Shown here: in pieces, positions 10,523-20,551 of the stretch
Numbering within the stretch: the stretch's first letter is position 1
Layout of the letters: every line of letters starts with the position of its first letter
Assembly (NCBI GenBank): GCA_047947115.1
Contig: CP170459.1
Span: forward strand, 4,224,001 to 4,288,000
Length of the DNA: 64,000 bases
Reading direction: 5' to 3'
From: Verrucomicrobiota bacterium
Lineage (GTDB): Bacteria; Verrucomicrobiota; Verrucomicrobiia; Limisphaerales; AAA164-E04
Program-made: the position numbers and the translations under genes
The notes under the pieces: generated by a model
Database searches by the model: none
Seen by the model: the letters and a program-made list of their open reading frames with translations, nothing else
What the model was told of the DNA's origin: nothing

Positions 10523-10912
10523 CTACTTCGTCAGGGCTCGTTGTCGCATGAGTTGTTCGGCCTTGCGATCGCCTTTTTCCTGGGCGGCACGTGCCACTTC
10601 ATCATTGACTGTCATGAGACATCGGCTGGCGGTTTGGCGCTGAGGATCTGTGAGATCTCGACGTGAGCACAAAGCTTGAATGATGGATGAAGATTTGACG
10701 TAATCTTGTTTTGAATATGCAATAAGAGCATCCTGAACAATCTGTTTTACCTCTTCAGAAGCATCTGCAAACGCCTCATTCATGGCAGGATTCACCTCGT
10801 CGGGACCAAATGATTCAGGCCCCGTGTATTTTTCCTCACCACAACCGGAAATCAGCCAGATGCATAGGGTCAGCGCGAACACCAACCAAGTGGATTTGTT
10901 GTCTTTCATCAT
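10523..10912 (-). CDS. Small helical lipoprotein, hypothetical
   Basis: Hydrophobic leader with lipobox-like ISGC; tightly packed between the prepilin gene and the large protein gene. Confidence 0.7.
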   Translation of the reverse strand: MMKDNKSTWLVFALTLCIWLISGCGEEKYTGPESFGPDEVNPAMNEAFADASEEVKQIVQDALIAYSKQDYVKSSSIIQALCSRRDLTDPQRQTASRCLMTVNDEVARAAQEKGDRKAEQLMRQRALTK

Positions 10913-10931
10913 AGTCGAATCAGGTTGTCAG

Positions 10932-11744
10932 TTAAGGACGCTGTTGGGGATCTTCTCCTGTATACCAGCGGTAATCGACACCTTTATCGAAACCAGCGAA
11001 ATTGACCGTGCTTACATGTCCGCCAATCCAAAGAATGTTGTTGCGCTGGTTGTGACGATACCACTCAAGCCACATTTCCCTTTCTGGATAAAGTCCCTGA
11101 AGATCGAAACGCCATTGGGTCAAAATCTCACTCTGTCCAGGAAACAGTCCGATTGAGTCGGGAACACCTTCCATCTTTTGCTCTGCGGCGTCTTGACAGA
11201 AAATCGTGGTCGTTGGATTGGTGAAGGCTGAGATCTTCGGTTTTCTTCCACCAGCGGTCATTTGACCATTGATTCCGAATGCTGAATCCAACCAAAACGA
11301 AGCAGGAAACCTCAATCCCGTTTCGCGCCATTCATCGACATGTTTGGCACTCGGGCAGTTAAAAATGGAACGTGCATTTCCAACATAGTCCGAGTAGCCA
11401 ATCCCCCAATAAGCATTCCCATGATCCTTTTCAAGCTGAGCGGTCGAACGGGGATTGATGGTCCACATACCATGATTGGGAAAGTTCCCGTTGATGTTCC
11501 AGAACTCGTCATTGTTGTCGTCCGCATACATGACGATCGCCAAGCCGATTTGCCTCAGATTGTTGATGCACTTGGTTCCCTTGGCTTTTTCTTTCGCCTG
11601 GCTTAGAGCCGGCAAAAGCATGCCCGCCAAGATGGCGATGATGGCAATAACCACCAATAGTTCGATGAGGGTAAAGCCGGATCTTCTCAGTAAAGAGCCG
11701 GATGGGTTTCGTTGAATGGAATTCAAACCAGATTTCAGATTCAT
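10932..11744 (-). CDS. Prepilin-type N-terminal cleavage/methylation protein (DUF1559/H-X9-DG family; H-X9-GG variant)
   Basis: [28 protein letters not shown], CxNNLRQIG, FNCPS, C-terminal [16 protein letters not shown] 11744 chosen as start. Confidence 0.9.
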   Translation of the reverse strand: MNLKSGLNSIQRNPSGSLLRRSGFTLIELLVVIAIIAILAGMLLPALSQAKEKAKGTKCINNLRQIGLAIVMYADDNNDEFWNINGNFPNHGMWTINPRSTAQLEKDHGNAYWGIGYSDYVGNARSIFNCPSAKHVDEWRETGLRFPASFWLDSAFGINGQMTAGGRKPKISAFTNPTTTIFCQDAAEQKMEGVPDSIGLFPGQSEILTQWRFDLQGLYPEREMWLEWYRHNQRNNILWIGGHVSTVNFAGFDKGVDYRWYTGEDPQQRP

Positions 11745-11973
11745 ATTTATTCGGGTGTTGTGATAAGATTTGAGCACTTGGCAAATTGTCACAATAAAAA
11801 ACTTGAAAAACAATATCTAATTTCTCGGGACCCCATAAACACTTTTGCGTTAATAGGCGAAACGAATATTGGATTCAGGCCTTCAACTCACTCTCAGCAC
11901 GACCTAGAATCTGGTCCGATTAGAAGGCGGAATAAAAGAGAAATGGTTACAATTAGGTTACAAGAAGGGGATC

Positions 11974-12501
11974 TCAATTGGAACCGGTGCTCCTGCCAGT
12001 AAGTTTACTGTAAGACCTGACGTAACTGTAGTAAACAATTCCATTGGAACGATCAACAGTGATAAAACTTCGTTCGGATTCGTAAAATTCCGGACTTTCA
12101 ACCGACATGGGGCGCCACCATGGATAGTCTCCAACACCTTGATGCCATGCAACATAGTCTGAAGGTTCTTCGGTGAGAGAATCGAGCCCCAATGTGGACT
12201 CAACAAACGTATTGATGGTCGACTCGTCTACCTTGAATCGAACGTATTCGCCATATACGTCTGCATCCTCGTAATTGCCTGGCTCCAGACGAAAACATAC
12301 TTCAGAGGCACTCTCCGGATAACTGGTTTCGTAGCTGTATTTTTTGAACAACTTGCGCTTTGATTCTGGTGAAAGTGTCGAGTCAAGCCCCACCTCCACC
12401 AGATCCGTGCGTAAAAACCATGACAACAAACCGCCTATCAACATCAATCCCAGGACGAACGCGACTGTCGTCGTATTTTTTTTGGCAATCATCGGCGGCA
12501 T
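11974..12501 (-). CDS. Hypothetical single-pass membrane protein
   Basis: 175-aa ORF with one N-terminal hydrophobic helix; no family recognised. Confidence 0.6.
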   Translation of the reverse strand: MPPMIAKKNTTTVAFVLGLMLIGGLLSWFLRTDLVEVGLDSTLSPESKRKLFKKYSYETSYPESASEVCFRLEPGNYEDADVYGEYVRFKVDESTINTFVESTLGLDSLTEEPSDYVAWHQGVGDYPWWRPMSVESPEFYESERSFITVDRSNGIVYYSYVRSYSKLTGRSTGSN

Positions 12502-12625
12502 TCAAGCTTTCCCCTCTTGTTTTGGCAAGCCGCGATTATCCTAAAACAATCCCCAACAAACCACAAAACGGAACCTTGATATATGATGACATTGCGCTAA
12601 ATTCTCACGCATTGGATCAATCATT

Positions 12626-13093
12626 ATGAAAAAAACAGCTCAGTTTATTGGAACTTTAATTGTTGGAATCACTTGCAGCCTCTGGCTGACCGGATGTGGC
12701 GAAGGGGATCATGCAGGCCATGATCACGATCATGATCATGATCACGACCACGGCACCGAAACCACCCAGACAACCGCCCATGCCGGTGACCAGCTCGCTG
12801 GCGCTCTGTCAGGCGCCATCAGTGCCACTGCCGATGCGGCAAAGGATGCTGTCGATCAGGCGGCCAAGGAGGTGGAGAGCTTGACCGACGAAGCGATCAT
12901 CAAGGCCCAATCCGCCACTTATCCGCTTAAAAAATGTGTGGTCAGCGGAGAGGACCTGGGCAGTATGGGAGGCGCCGTCAATTTCGTGCATGGAGGCACC
13001 CTGATCAAATTGTGCTGCGAACATTGCGTGCCCGATGTTGAAAAAGATCCAGCGAAATTTGTCGCCATGGTCAAGGAAGCCATCGCCAAGTAA
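12626..13093 (+). CDS. His-rich lipoprotein with C-terminal YHS/TRASH-like metal-binding domain
   Basis: Lipobox LTGC, DHAGHDHDHDHDHDH tract, CVVSGEDLGSMG...LCCEHC. Confidence 0.8.
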   Translation: MKKTAQFIGTLIVGITCSLWLTGCGEGDHAGHDHDHDHDHDHGTETTQTTAHAGDQLAGALSGAISATADAAKDAVDQAAKEVESLTDEAIIKAQSATYPLKKCVVSGEDLGSMGGAVNFVHGGTLIKLCCEHCVPDVEKDPAKFVAMVKEAIAK

Positions 13094-13120
13094 GTTCAAC
13101 TTACATCATTTCAAACAGGA

Positions 13121-13148
13121 AGGAGCCCTCTGCAGGGCTCCTTTTTTT
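13121..13148 (+). terminator. Intrinsic terminator
   Basis: AGGAGCCCT-ctgc-AGGGCTCCT hairpin followed by a T run, just after the 13093 stop. Confidence 0.85.
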
Positions 13149-13150
13149 AT

Positions 13151-13203
13151 CCGCCCCACCACAGTCGCGGGATCTTCGAGATGACGCGACTGCGGTGGTG
13201 CGG
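13151..13203. repeat. REP-like palindrome (intact copy of the IS4 target element)
   Basis: CCGCcCCACCaCAGTCGCG-ggatcttcgagatga-CGCGACTGcGGTGGtGCGG. Related sequence flanks the IS4 element and recurs at about 58411-58438 and 59383-59396. Confidence 0.75.
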
Positions 13204-13212
13204 TTCAAAACA

Positions 13213-14862
13213 TCAAGCCCGATCCCGAAATCGCTGGGCAATGGGGATGCGTCGGCCCACTCCAAACGCGCGGGTGGTGACTTTCAATCCCGGAGCGGCC
13301 TGCCGGCGTTTGTATTCATTGATATCAATCAAACGAATCATCCGCTCAACCACTTCCCGATCAAAGCCCATATCCACAATTTCTTTCGCAGAACGGAGTT
13401 CAACAACATAGGCTTCAAGAATCGCATCGAGGATATCGTAGTCCGGCAAACTGTCCTGATCTTTTTGATCCGGCCTAAGCTCCGCTGAGGGTGGTTTGAT
13501 GAGGGTGCTTTCTGGAATGATTTCACGTTCCCGATTCACCCATCTGGACACACGATAGACCATGGTTTTAGGCAAATCACTCAACACCGCAAGTCCCCCG
13601 CACATATCGCCGTAGAGCGTGCAATACCCAACCGCAAGTTCGCTTTTATTCCCGGTTGTCAGCAACAGGGAACCGAACTTGTTCGACATCCCCATCATCA
13701 GCACGCCGCGCATGCGAGCCTGAATATTTTCTTCGGTTACATCCTCTCCCCGCCCTTCGAATACAGGAGCCAATTGGGTTTTCAGTGACTCGAAGGGTGG
13801 TTGAATGGAAATTTGATCATACCGAATGCCGAGATGGTCAGCCAAGGCCCGGGCGTCATCTTTGCTGCCCTGCGATGAATAGACAGAAGGCATGCCGACA
13901 CCCCGAACATGTTCCGCACCCAAAGCATCCACGGCCACCGCGGCGGTCAACGCAGAATCAATGCCACCGGAAAGACCGATCAAGGCCGATTTGAATCCAC
14001 ACTTATGCAGGTAGTCCCTCACCCCCAAGCTCAATGCCTTGAATATTTTCGCTTCATCACAATCCGGCTGAGGCGTCACAACCGGTCGAGCGGCCTCGGG
14101 TGAAAGGTCCAGACAGATGTGATGGGATTCGAACAAAGCGCCGACCGCGTGCACCGTTCCATCGGCATCCACCAACAGAGAAGCGCCATCGAAAACCAAT
14201 TCATCATTCCCGCCAACCATGTTGCAGTAAACGATGGGAACATTCAGACGCATGGCCTGACGCGCGAGCAAGGCCTGGCGTGTGCGGTTTTTGCCAAGGA
14301 ACCACGGTGATGCGGAAACATTGATGATCATTCCGCAACCCTTGCCAGCCAGATCTTCCAGCGGATTGCGTCGATAACGACGTGGCACTCCGTATGCCTC
14401 ATCGTTCCAGGCATCCTCGCAAATGGTCAGCCCGATCTTCTGTCCCAGGAACTCGACCGGCTCGTTGATGGCGGCGGGTTCGAAGTATCGATCTTCATCA
14501 AACACATCGTAGGTCGGCAGCAAGGTCTTGTGCCGTATCGCATTGATATTCCCCTGATAAAGCAGTGCGACAGAATTAAAAAGATCCCGTCCCTCCGCGC
14601 TGCTGTTGCGTTCCACGAATCCTACCAACAACCCCACATTCCCTGTTTCCCGGGAAAGTGACTCCAAAGCAGCCAGGTTTTCATCAATGAATCGAGGCTT
14701 CAAAAGCAGGTCTCTGGGAGGATACCCTGTCAACATCAACTCCGGACAAACCACCAGATCAACACCCAGTTCGACACCCTTTTGATAGGCTTCACGTATC
14801 AATCGAGCATTGTGATCAATATCACCAACGGTGGCGTTGAGTTGAGCCAGAAGGATCTTCAT
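13213..14862 (-). CDS. nadE: Glutamine-dependent NAD+ synthetase
   Basis: N-terminal nitrilase-like domain (PEL, K, ICED) plus synthetase domain motifs GLSGGIDS, ENIQAR, TTGNKSE, PPSAELRPDQKD. Confidence 0.97.
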   Translation of the reverse strand: MKILLAQLNATVGDIDHNARLIREAYQKGVELGVDLVVCPELMLTGYPPRDLLLKPRFIDENLAALESLSRETGNVGLLVGFVERNSSAEGRDLFNSVALLYQGNINAIRHKTLLPTYDVFDEDRYFEPAAINEPVEFLGQKIGLTICEDAWNDEAYGVPRRYRRNPLEDLAGKGCGMIINVSASPWFLGKNRTRQALLARQAMRLNVPIVYCNMVGGNDELVFDGASLLVDADGTVHAVGALFESHHICLDLSPEAARPVVTPQPDCDEAKIFKALSLGVRDYLHKCGFKSALIGLSGGIDSALTAAVAVDALGAEHVRGVGMPSVYSSQGSKDDARALADHLGIRYDQISIQPPFESLKTQLAPVFEGRGEDVTEENIQARMRGVLMMGMSNKFGSLLLTTGNKSELAVGYCTLYGDMCGGLAVLSDLPKTMVYRVSRWVNREREIIPESTLIKPPSAELRPDQKDQDSLPDYDILDAILEAYVVELRSAKEIVDMGFDREVVERMIRLIDINEYKRRQAAPGLKVTTRAFGVGRRIPIAQRFRDRA

Positions 14863-14880
14863 TTTAAGAATATCAGAAAA

Positions 14881-15438
14881 TTAACGGTTGAAGAAATGCT
14901 GCAGGAGCGTTCCCCGTTCTGAAACAATGCGGGTTCCCGCCTTGATGTTGTTTTTCTCAAACCAACCCTGGTTCATTTCGAGGACGAACTGGATCTGATC
15001 GGATTCAGATGGAATGGGTTCCAGACTGAGTGGTTCCATGTCATAGATCTCAAGAATCTTCCCTTCCCGATCAATATAAGCACAGGAAAGCGGCACCTTG
15101 GTGTTCTTCATGTAGAAAGACGTCTGATGGGGATAATTGAAAACGAACAACATCCCATCATCCTCGCCCATGCTTTCACGAAACATCATGCCGGTGGCAA
15201 TCTGGGTGAGGCTCTGTGCAATTTCGGCAACCACGGTCTTGTCAGCCAGGTAAAGTTTGGTGGTGCGCAGCTTGGGCTGTGCGTGATCCAGGTGCAGTAC
15301 TTGCCCAGCATCGTCACTGCCCCTCCGCTCGTCAGGAGTCGCCGTCGCTATCTCAGGAGCACGCCCGCACCCGGTGACGGCAACAATCACCCACAACCAT
15401 CCCATATGCATCCAAATCTTCCAATTCATCCGCCCCAT
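14881..15438 (-). CDS. DUF192 family lipoprotein
   Basis: Lipobox VTGC, GMMFR, GMLFVF, FYMKNT, VLEMNQG. Confidence 0.9.
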   Translation of the reverse strand: MGRMNWKIWMHMGWLWVIVAVTGCGRAPEIATATPDERRGSDDAGQVLHLDHAQPKLRTTKLYLADKTVVAEIAQSLTQIATGMMFRESMGEDDGMLFVFNYPHQTSFYMKNTKVPLSCAYIDREGKILEIYDMEPLSLEPIPSESDQIQFVLEMNQGWFEKNNIKAGTRIVSERGTLLQHFFNR

Positions 15439-15584
15439 TCACTATGGAATGAGCTGTTTTGTCAATTGTCCGTAACGGATCTTGTCTCGGCTTCCTGTTC
15501 AGAACCCGATTCCCTCATTTCCTCTTCGTATCGAATTCCATTGACAGAAGGACAGTCGGAAACGCAAAAAAGGCTTTTGCGAAC

Positions 15585-16850
15585 ATGTACGAAATCACAC
15601 AGTTGAATAACGGCGCTCGCATTGTTACCGCGCATCTGCCCCACATGGCGAGCGTGTGCATGGGCGTATGGGCGGGCATCGGGAGTCGCCATGAATCGTT
15701 GCCCCAAAACGGAGTGTCCCACTTTATCGAACATGTGTTGTTCAAAGGAACCAAATCCCGGAATGCGAAGGAAATTTCCGAAGCCGTGGAAGGCGTCGGC
15801 GGATACCTCAACGCTTTCACTGCCGAAGAAAACACCTGTTACTATGCCAAAGCCAGTGCGGAACGATTCGGCGTTCTGGCCGAGGTACTGATGGATATGT
15901 ACCTGAACCCGGCATTTGATCCTGTTGAGTTTGAAAAGGAACGCGAAGTCATCAAGGAAGAACTGGCCATGTATATGGACCAACCCAGTCAACTGGTGCT
16001 GGAGGTCCTTAATGAAGTACTCTGGCCGGATCATCCACTTGGACGCTGCATCACCGGCACCGAGGAATCGTTGGATGCTTTAAAAGTGTCCACGCTGAAG
16101 CGCTTTTGGAAGAAGCACTATACAGCACCCAACACCATCATCGTCGTCGTCGGCCCGATTCCGCATGAAAAAGTCGTCGCAAAACTAAGGAAACATACCA
16201 GATACCTCCCTTCGGGTACGCCCCTGCTCGACAAGCCAATGCGCATGACTCAAATGCATCCCCGGATGAAGATCCGTTCACAACGATCGGAACAGGTGCA
16301 ATTGGCCTTTGGCATCAAGACCTGCTCCCGCCATGGAGAAAACCGTTACGCACTCAGAATGTTGAACACCATGCTGGGAGAAAACATGAGTTCGAGGCTT
16401 TTTCAGAGACTTCGGGAAGATCACGGCCTGGCTTATTCTGTTTACAGCAACCTGGGGTATTTTCATGACGCCGGATTCCTGACCATTGCCGCTGGCATTG
16501 ATGGTTCCCACATCGAACAGGCTTTCACATTGATTCATGAAACTCTGCAAGAATTCAAAGAGACCAAGCCCGGCGGAAAGGAACTCCGACAAGCCAGGGA
16601 TTACCTGATCGGTCAATTGGATTTGCACCTGGAGAACACGGAAAACCACATGATCTGGCTGGGGGAGCAAATCCTTGGTTATGGTCATTATATAACGGTC
16701 GAAACGATTCGAGATCGATTGACGCAAACGACTCCGGAACACATACGAGCCACCGCTCGCGAATACTTCCAGCCGCAGCACCTCAATCTGGCCGTGGTTG
16801 GAAAAGTGGCCAAGCATCGTTTTTCATGCCTGGGCAACTGGCTCGCATAA
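15585..16850 (+). CDS. M16 (pitrilysin-type) zinc peptidase
   Basis: Inverted zinc motif HFIEH, NAFT, SSRLFQRLRE..GLAYSV. ATG 15585 chosen as start. Confidence 0.93.
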   Translation: MYEITQLNNGARIVTAHLPHMASVCMGVWAGIGSRHESLPQNGVSHFIEHVLFKGTKSRNAKEISEAVEGVGGYLNAFTAEENTCYYAKASAERFGVLAEVLMDMYLNPAFDPVEFEKEREVIKEELAMYMDQPSQLVLEVLNEVLWPDHPLGRCITGTEESLDALKVSTLKRFWKKHYTAPNTIIVVVGPIPHEKVVAKLRKHTRYLPSGTPLLDKPMRMTQMHPRMKIRSQRSEQVQLAFGIKTCSRHGENRYALRMLNTMLGENMSSRLFQRLREDHGLAYSVYSNLGYFHDAGFLTIAAGIDGSHIEQAFTLIHETLQEFKETKPGGKELRQARDYLIGQLDLHLENTENHMIWLGEQILGYGHYITVETIRDRLTQTTPEHIRATAREYFQPQHLNLAVVGKVAKHRFSCLGNWLA

Positions 16851-16873
16851 CCCTCAAACCACCTTGAAAACCC

Positions 16874-17212
16874 ATGGCTAAAACTCTATTGGCATCTGCT
16901 GACACACTGCAAACTGGACAAACCCTCAAGTTCAAATACACCCAAAACGGTGTTCCAAGGGAAGGATTCCTCGCCCGTCTGAAAGACAAGTGGGTTGCTT
17001 ATGAAAACCGCTGCCGCCACATCGCCATCAGTCTGGATTTCGACAACAACCAATTCTTCACTCAGGACGGCAAATACCTTTTCTGCCAAACCCACGGCGC
17101 CGTCTACGAACCTGACACGGGCTTGTGCGTTCAGGGCCCCTGCACGGGCGCCAGCCTGTTTGCCCTGCCTATCGAGGTGGATAAGTCGGGAGTTTGGCTG
17201 GACATGGAGTGA
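16874..17212 (+). CDS. Rieske (2Fe-2S) ferredoxin
   Basis: CRH...CQTH Rieske ligands, followed by GLCVQGPC. Confidence 0.9.
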   Translation: MAKTLLASADTLQTGQTLKFKYTQNGVPREGFLARLKDKWVAYENRCRHIAISLDFDNNQFFTQDGKYLFCQTHGAVYEPDTGLCVQGPCTGASLFALPIEVDKSGVWLDME

Positions 17213-17216
17213 TTTT

Positions 17217-17319
17217 TTTGAACCGCAGATTTCACAGATTAACGCAGATAAGGCAAGAAACATGTGAGAGCAGTTTTCAGGATTGAAGTATCTAGTTAGA
17301 AATAAATCTGCGGTTCAAA
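17217..17319. repeat. Inverted-repeat element with short CAGAT units between convergent genes
   Basis: Perfect 16-bp IR TTTGAACCGCAGATTT / AAATCTGCGGTTCAAA; left arm continues CACAGATTAACGCAGAT. Confidence 0.7.
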
Positions 17320-17339
17320 TAAACCAACATCAGCAAAAC

Positions 17340-17576
17340 TCATCTCCCCTGCATCGGATCCAGATCGGGGTCATCCAGGTATCCGCCGGGAGGTAGATCT
17401 CCGTAGCCTCTGAACAAGTCAGGACGCAGGTCGTCGGAGATCACCATTTCCTCTTCAAACCATTTACCCAGATCCACCCACTTGCAACGTTTGCTGCAAA
17501 AGGGCCCAAAATCTCCTCGAAACCATGTCCCCTTTTTCCGGCAAGTCGGACACACCACTTTCAAATCCTTTTTCAT
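17340..17576 (-). CDS. yacG: DNA gyrase inhibitor YacG
   Basis: CPTC...PFCSKRC..DLGKW zinc-finger signature. Confidence 0.88.
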   Translation of the reverse strand: MKKDLKVVCPTCRKKGTWFRGDFGPFCSKRCKWVDLGKWFEEEMVISDDLRPDLFRGYGDLPPGGYLDDPDLDPMQGR

Positions 17577-17646
17577 TTGGTTTCGTCACTTTTTCTCTGC
17601 GTTTCTGCGCCTCAAGTCCCGTCAGGGGCGAGCGTGAACAAAAGCA

Positions 17647-18837
17647 TCAACCTCGACGAATCTCTGACCCCTGGAAACGAATGGAGATACGGAAAACCTT
17701 TTTGGCTCGACAGGTGATGTGCCCCGTCGTGAGATCAAATTTCTCCGGCAGTTCGATACGATGCAAATCGACCACCGCGTGGTATCCACGCTCAGAAAAA
17801 ATATCGATCAACATCGCCAGCGCCAAATCATTGTGCAGTAAAGTGTCCTCGGAATTGACACTGGCCAACCCTGAGATTGCATGGCGCACGACGATGGGCA
17901 TGATCTTGTTCTGGATGAATTGAATGACCTGATGAAACAAATCCGGGTGTTCCACCGCGTATGCATCCAGACGCCTCACGAGGTCCTGCCGTGCATGCAG
18001 GATGATTTCACTGGCCAAAGGAAGAATTCGAAGGCAATCAAACGTTTCAGGGTCCAGCTCAAGCAGACTTTGGTAGCGGACCTCATTTAAGATATTCTGC
18101 TCGACCTCCTGGATCGATCCCTGGGCATTGATGAAATGATAGAAAAAGGTCTGTTTGAGAGACTGTAGGGCATCCCATGTCTGCTCCTTGAACACGCGAT
18201 ATCGTCGACGTGCCGCTTCCGGATCACGGTCGGTCGCCCTCAGCTCAATGATTTCCCCGACTCCGGTGGCATTCACCTCTTCGTTGTGTTCTTCAATCTG
18301 CTTGCCACGTTTGATTTGACGGTTGATGCTGGTTTTTTCATCCACGAACAACACCATGATGTGGATGGTAGCCTGCCGGAAATGAATCCGCAAAGGAGTT
18401 TCGTAGTAACGAGCCCGCAACTCCTTCATTTTATCCACCAACATTTTAAGACACTCAACCTGAACTTTTGTCCTGGGAAAACCATCCAGAATGGCGCCAT
18501 CACGATAATCCTTCTCAAGCAACTTCCTGAAGATGATGTCGATCACCTCCCGATCCCCTACCATACCGCCTGAATCCTTGATTTTCCTGGCTTCCGGGCT
18601 ATCAAGCAAGGCACTGACCACAATCGACTTACAGGTTAAACCTCTGGCCTTTTGAATGAAGCGGGTATGTGTTCCCTTGCCGGAACCGGGAGCTCCCCCT
18701 AACAAGATGATTTCTTTTGGAAATCGGAGGTTTTCAGGGCCAAAGTCCTGCTCCAGTTCCGCCCATACAGCGTTGAATATCAGATGGGCGTCCTTGATTT
18801 CCAAATCCTCGACTGGAGGTTTTGCTTTTTTGGACAT
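17647..18837 (-). CDS. Adenylate kinase-like NMP kinase with long C-terminal extension
   Basis: P-loop GGAPGSGKGT and ILDGFPR; ~396 aa from ATG 18837. Confidence 0.85.
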   Translation of the reverse strand: MSKKAKPPVEDLEIKDAHLIFNAVWAELEQDFGPENLRFPKEIILLGGAPGSGKGTHTRFIQKARGLTCKSIVVSALLDSPEARKIKDSGGMVGDREVIDIIFRKLLEKDYRDGAILDGFPRTKVQVECLKMLVDKMKELRARYYETPLRIHFRQATIHIMVLFVDEKTSINRQIKRGKQIEEHNEEVNATGVGEIIELRATDRDPEAARRRYRVFKEQTWDALQSLKQTFFYHFINAQGSIQEVEQNILNEVRYQSLLELDPETFDCLRILPLASEIILHARQDLVRRLDAYAVEHPDLFHQVIQFIQNKIMPIVVRHAISGLASVNSEDTLLHNDLALAMLIDIFSERGYHAVVDLHRIELPEKFDLTTGHITCRAKKVFRISIRFQGSEIRRG

Positions 18838-18982
18838 ATGCAGCGTTTCTCCTGCAAGATCGGCGGTATGTGAATGAGTTGATGCAACCATGCTTTTATA
18901 AGCAATGTCATACCCAAGCCAAGGCGACAATTCAAGGGGCAGGCTCAAGTATTATTAGGGATAATAAATCTCTGTCACTGGA

Positions 18983-19534
18983 TCAATGATCGAGAATACG
19001 CGCAACCGCAGCTGTGAGGTCATCCACAATGATGCATGCATGCCGTTTGTCATTCATAGCCCGTTCCGTCTCGGAGCCATATCCGGTTCTCAATAGAATG
19101 GAAGCCTGAACACCTGCGTTCCAACCACATTCCACGTCACTCAGTTTGTCTCCGATCATGTAAGAATGTGCCAGGTTCAGATCAAATTCCGCAGCAGCAT
19201 CCAACAGGAACTGTGGCGAGGGTTTTCGCCCATAGCTGGGGATTTCCGGGGCTTCCGGCGCAAAATAGATCTTCTGAAAAGTGATGCCTTCCGGCCTGAG
19301 CACCGCTTCAAGCCGCTTGTTCACTCGATGCATGTCCTCTTCCGTGTAATATCCCCGTCCGATTCCGGACTGATTGGTCACCACAAACAATAAAAAATGG
19401 TTCTCTATGAGTCGTTGCAAGGAAGGAATGACATCCGGAAAAAGAACCAATTGATCGGGATCGCAGAGATAGGATTTCTCAATGTTCAACGTCCCGTCTC
19501 GATCCAGGAAAACAGCCTTGCGCGCGCTTATCAT
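18983..19534 (-). CDS. gmhB: D-glycero-D-manno-heptose 1,7-bisphosphate phosphatase (HAD superfamily)
   Basis: FLDRDGTLN, VTNQSGIGRG, RKP, MIGDK.SD; adjacent to the heptose kinase gene. Confidence 0.9.
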   Translation of the reverse strand: MISARKAVFLDRDGTLNIEKSYLCDPDQLVLFPDVIPSLQRLIENHFLLFVVTNQSGIGRGYYTEEDMHRVNKRLEAVLRPEGITFQKIYFAPEAPEIPSYGRKPSPQFLLDAAAEFDLNLAHSYMIGDKLSDVECGWNAGVQASILLRTGYGSETERAMNDKRHACIIVDDLTAAVARILDH

Positions 19535-20547
19535 GCTTCCGGAAAGGTGGCTAACAATTCATTCGTGGACGTGATTGCCGTCCCGACCTTCCCCACCACC
19601 ACACCCGAGGCATGATTGGCGATGGTAGCCGCTTCGATTGGAGACGCCCCCCCGGCAATTGCCACGGTAAAGGCTGCAATCGCTGTATCGCCGGCACCGG
19701 ACACATCGTAAACCTCTTGCGCAATGGTGGGGATATGGAAGGGTTTGCCTTTTCGGCTACACAAAAGCATACCGTGTTCCCCCAGGGTCACCAGCATCAT
19801 CGCGGGCTTGCACCGCTTCATCAAATGACGCACTACTTTCAACAAAGCCTCGTCCTTCAAAGGATCCTTTGGGCCGGGAGTCTCAGTCATTTGAGCCAAT
19901 GCAAAGGCTTCCTTGCGATTGGGAGTCATCAGCGACAGTCCATGCAGCCTCAACGCCCTTACGGGCTTGGGATCCATGCTCAACCAGATCCCCCGATCGC
20001 GGCACAATTCAGCCAGTCGATCCAATAATGCCTGGGTAACCACCCCTTTACCATAGTCACACAACACCACCGCCGCCACATCCGGCTTCAGTGCCTGTTC
20101 AATCTTGGTTATCAGTTTGGCAGTAAGCGATTCGTCCAAAAGCTCCTTCTGTTCACGATCAACCCGAACAATCTGCTGGCGCTGGGCAACGATACGTGTT
20201 TTTAATCCGGTCGCACGACTGGCGGATCGAATCAATCCCGAACAAAGCACTCCCCAGTTGCGCAGTTGTTCTTCCAATTGATCTCCCGCATCATCCCGAC
20301 CGATCACAGAGTAGGCAGAAGTATGAACATCCCAAGCGGTAAGATTGCGAGCCACATTGGCTCCGCCGCCCGGCATGTAGTTTTCACTTTGAAATTCAAG
20401 AACCGGCACCGGAGCTTCAGGCGAAATGCGTGAAACACTGCCCCAAATGAACTGATCCAGCATGACATCGCCAACTACCAGCACACGTTGCTTTCGGGCT
20501 TGTGCCAATATCTCCCTGACACGATCTCGTTGAAGGGGGGGATTCAT
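19531..20547 (-). CDS. rfaE1: D-glycero-beta-D-manno-heptose-7-phosphate kinase (stand-alone RfaE domain I)
   Basis: GDVMLD..G.VSRISPEAPVPV, DYGKG, TPNRKE, DVSGAGDT PfkB motif. Confidence 0.93.
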   Translation of the reverse strand: MNPPLQRDRVREILAQARKQRVLVVGDVMLDQFIWGSVSRISPEAPVPVLEFQSENYMPGGGANVARNLTAWDVHTSAYSVIGRDDAGDQLEEQLRNWGVLCSGLIRSASRATGLKTRIVAQRQQIVRVDREQKELLDESLTAKLITKIEQALKPDVAAVVLCDYGKGVVTQALLDRLAELCRDRGIWLSMDPKPVRALRLHGLSLMTPNRKEAFALAQMTETPGPKDPLKDEALLKVVRHLMKRCKPAMMLVTLGEHGMLLCSRKGKPFHIPTIAQEVYDVSGAGDTAIAAFTVAIAGGASPIEAATIANHASGVVVGKVGTAITSTNELLATFPEA

Positions 20548-20551
20548 AAAG

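Noticed and set aside
12570..12625. Zur/Fur box upstream of the His-rich lipoprotein
   Set aside because: TATGATGACATTGCG is only weakly palindromic, and no matching site is evident upstream of the 33642 operon.
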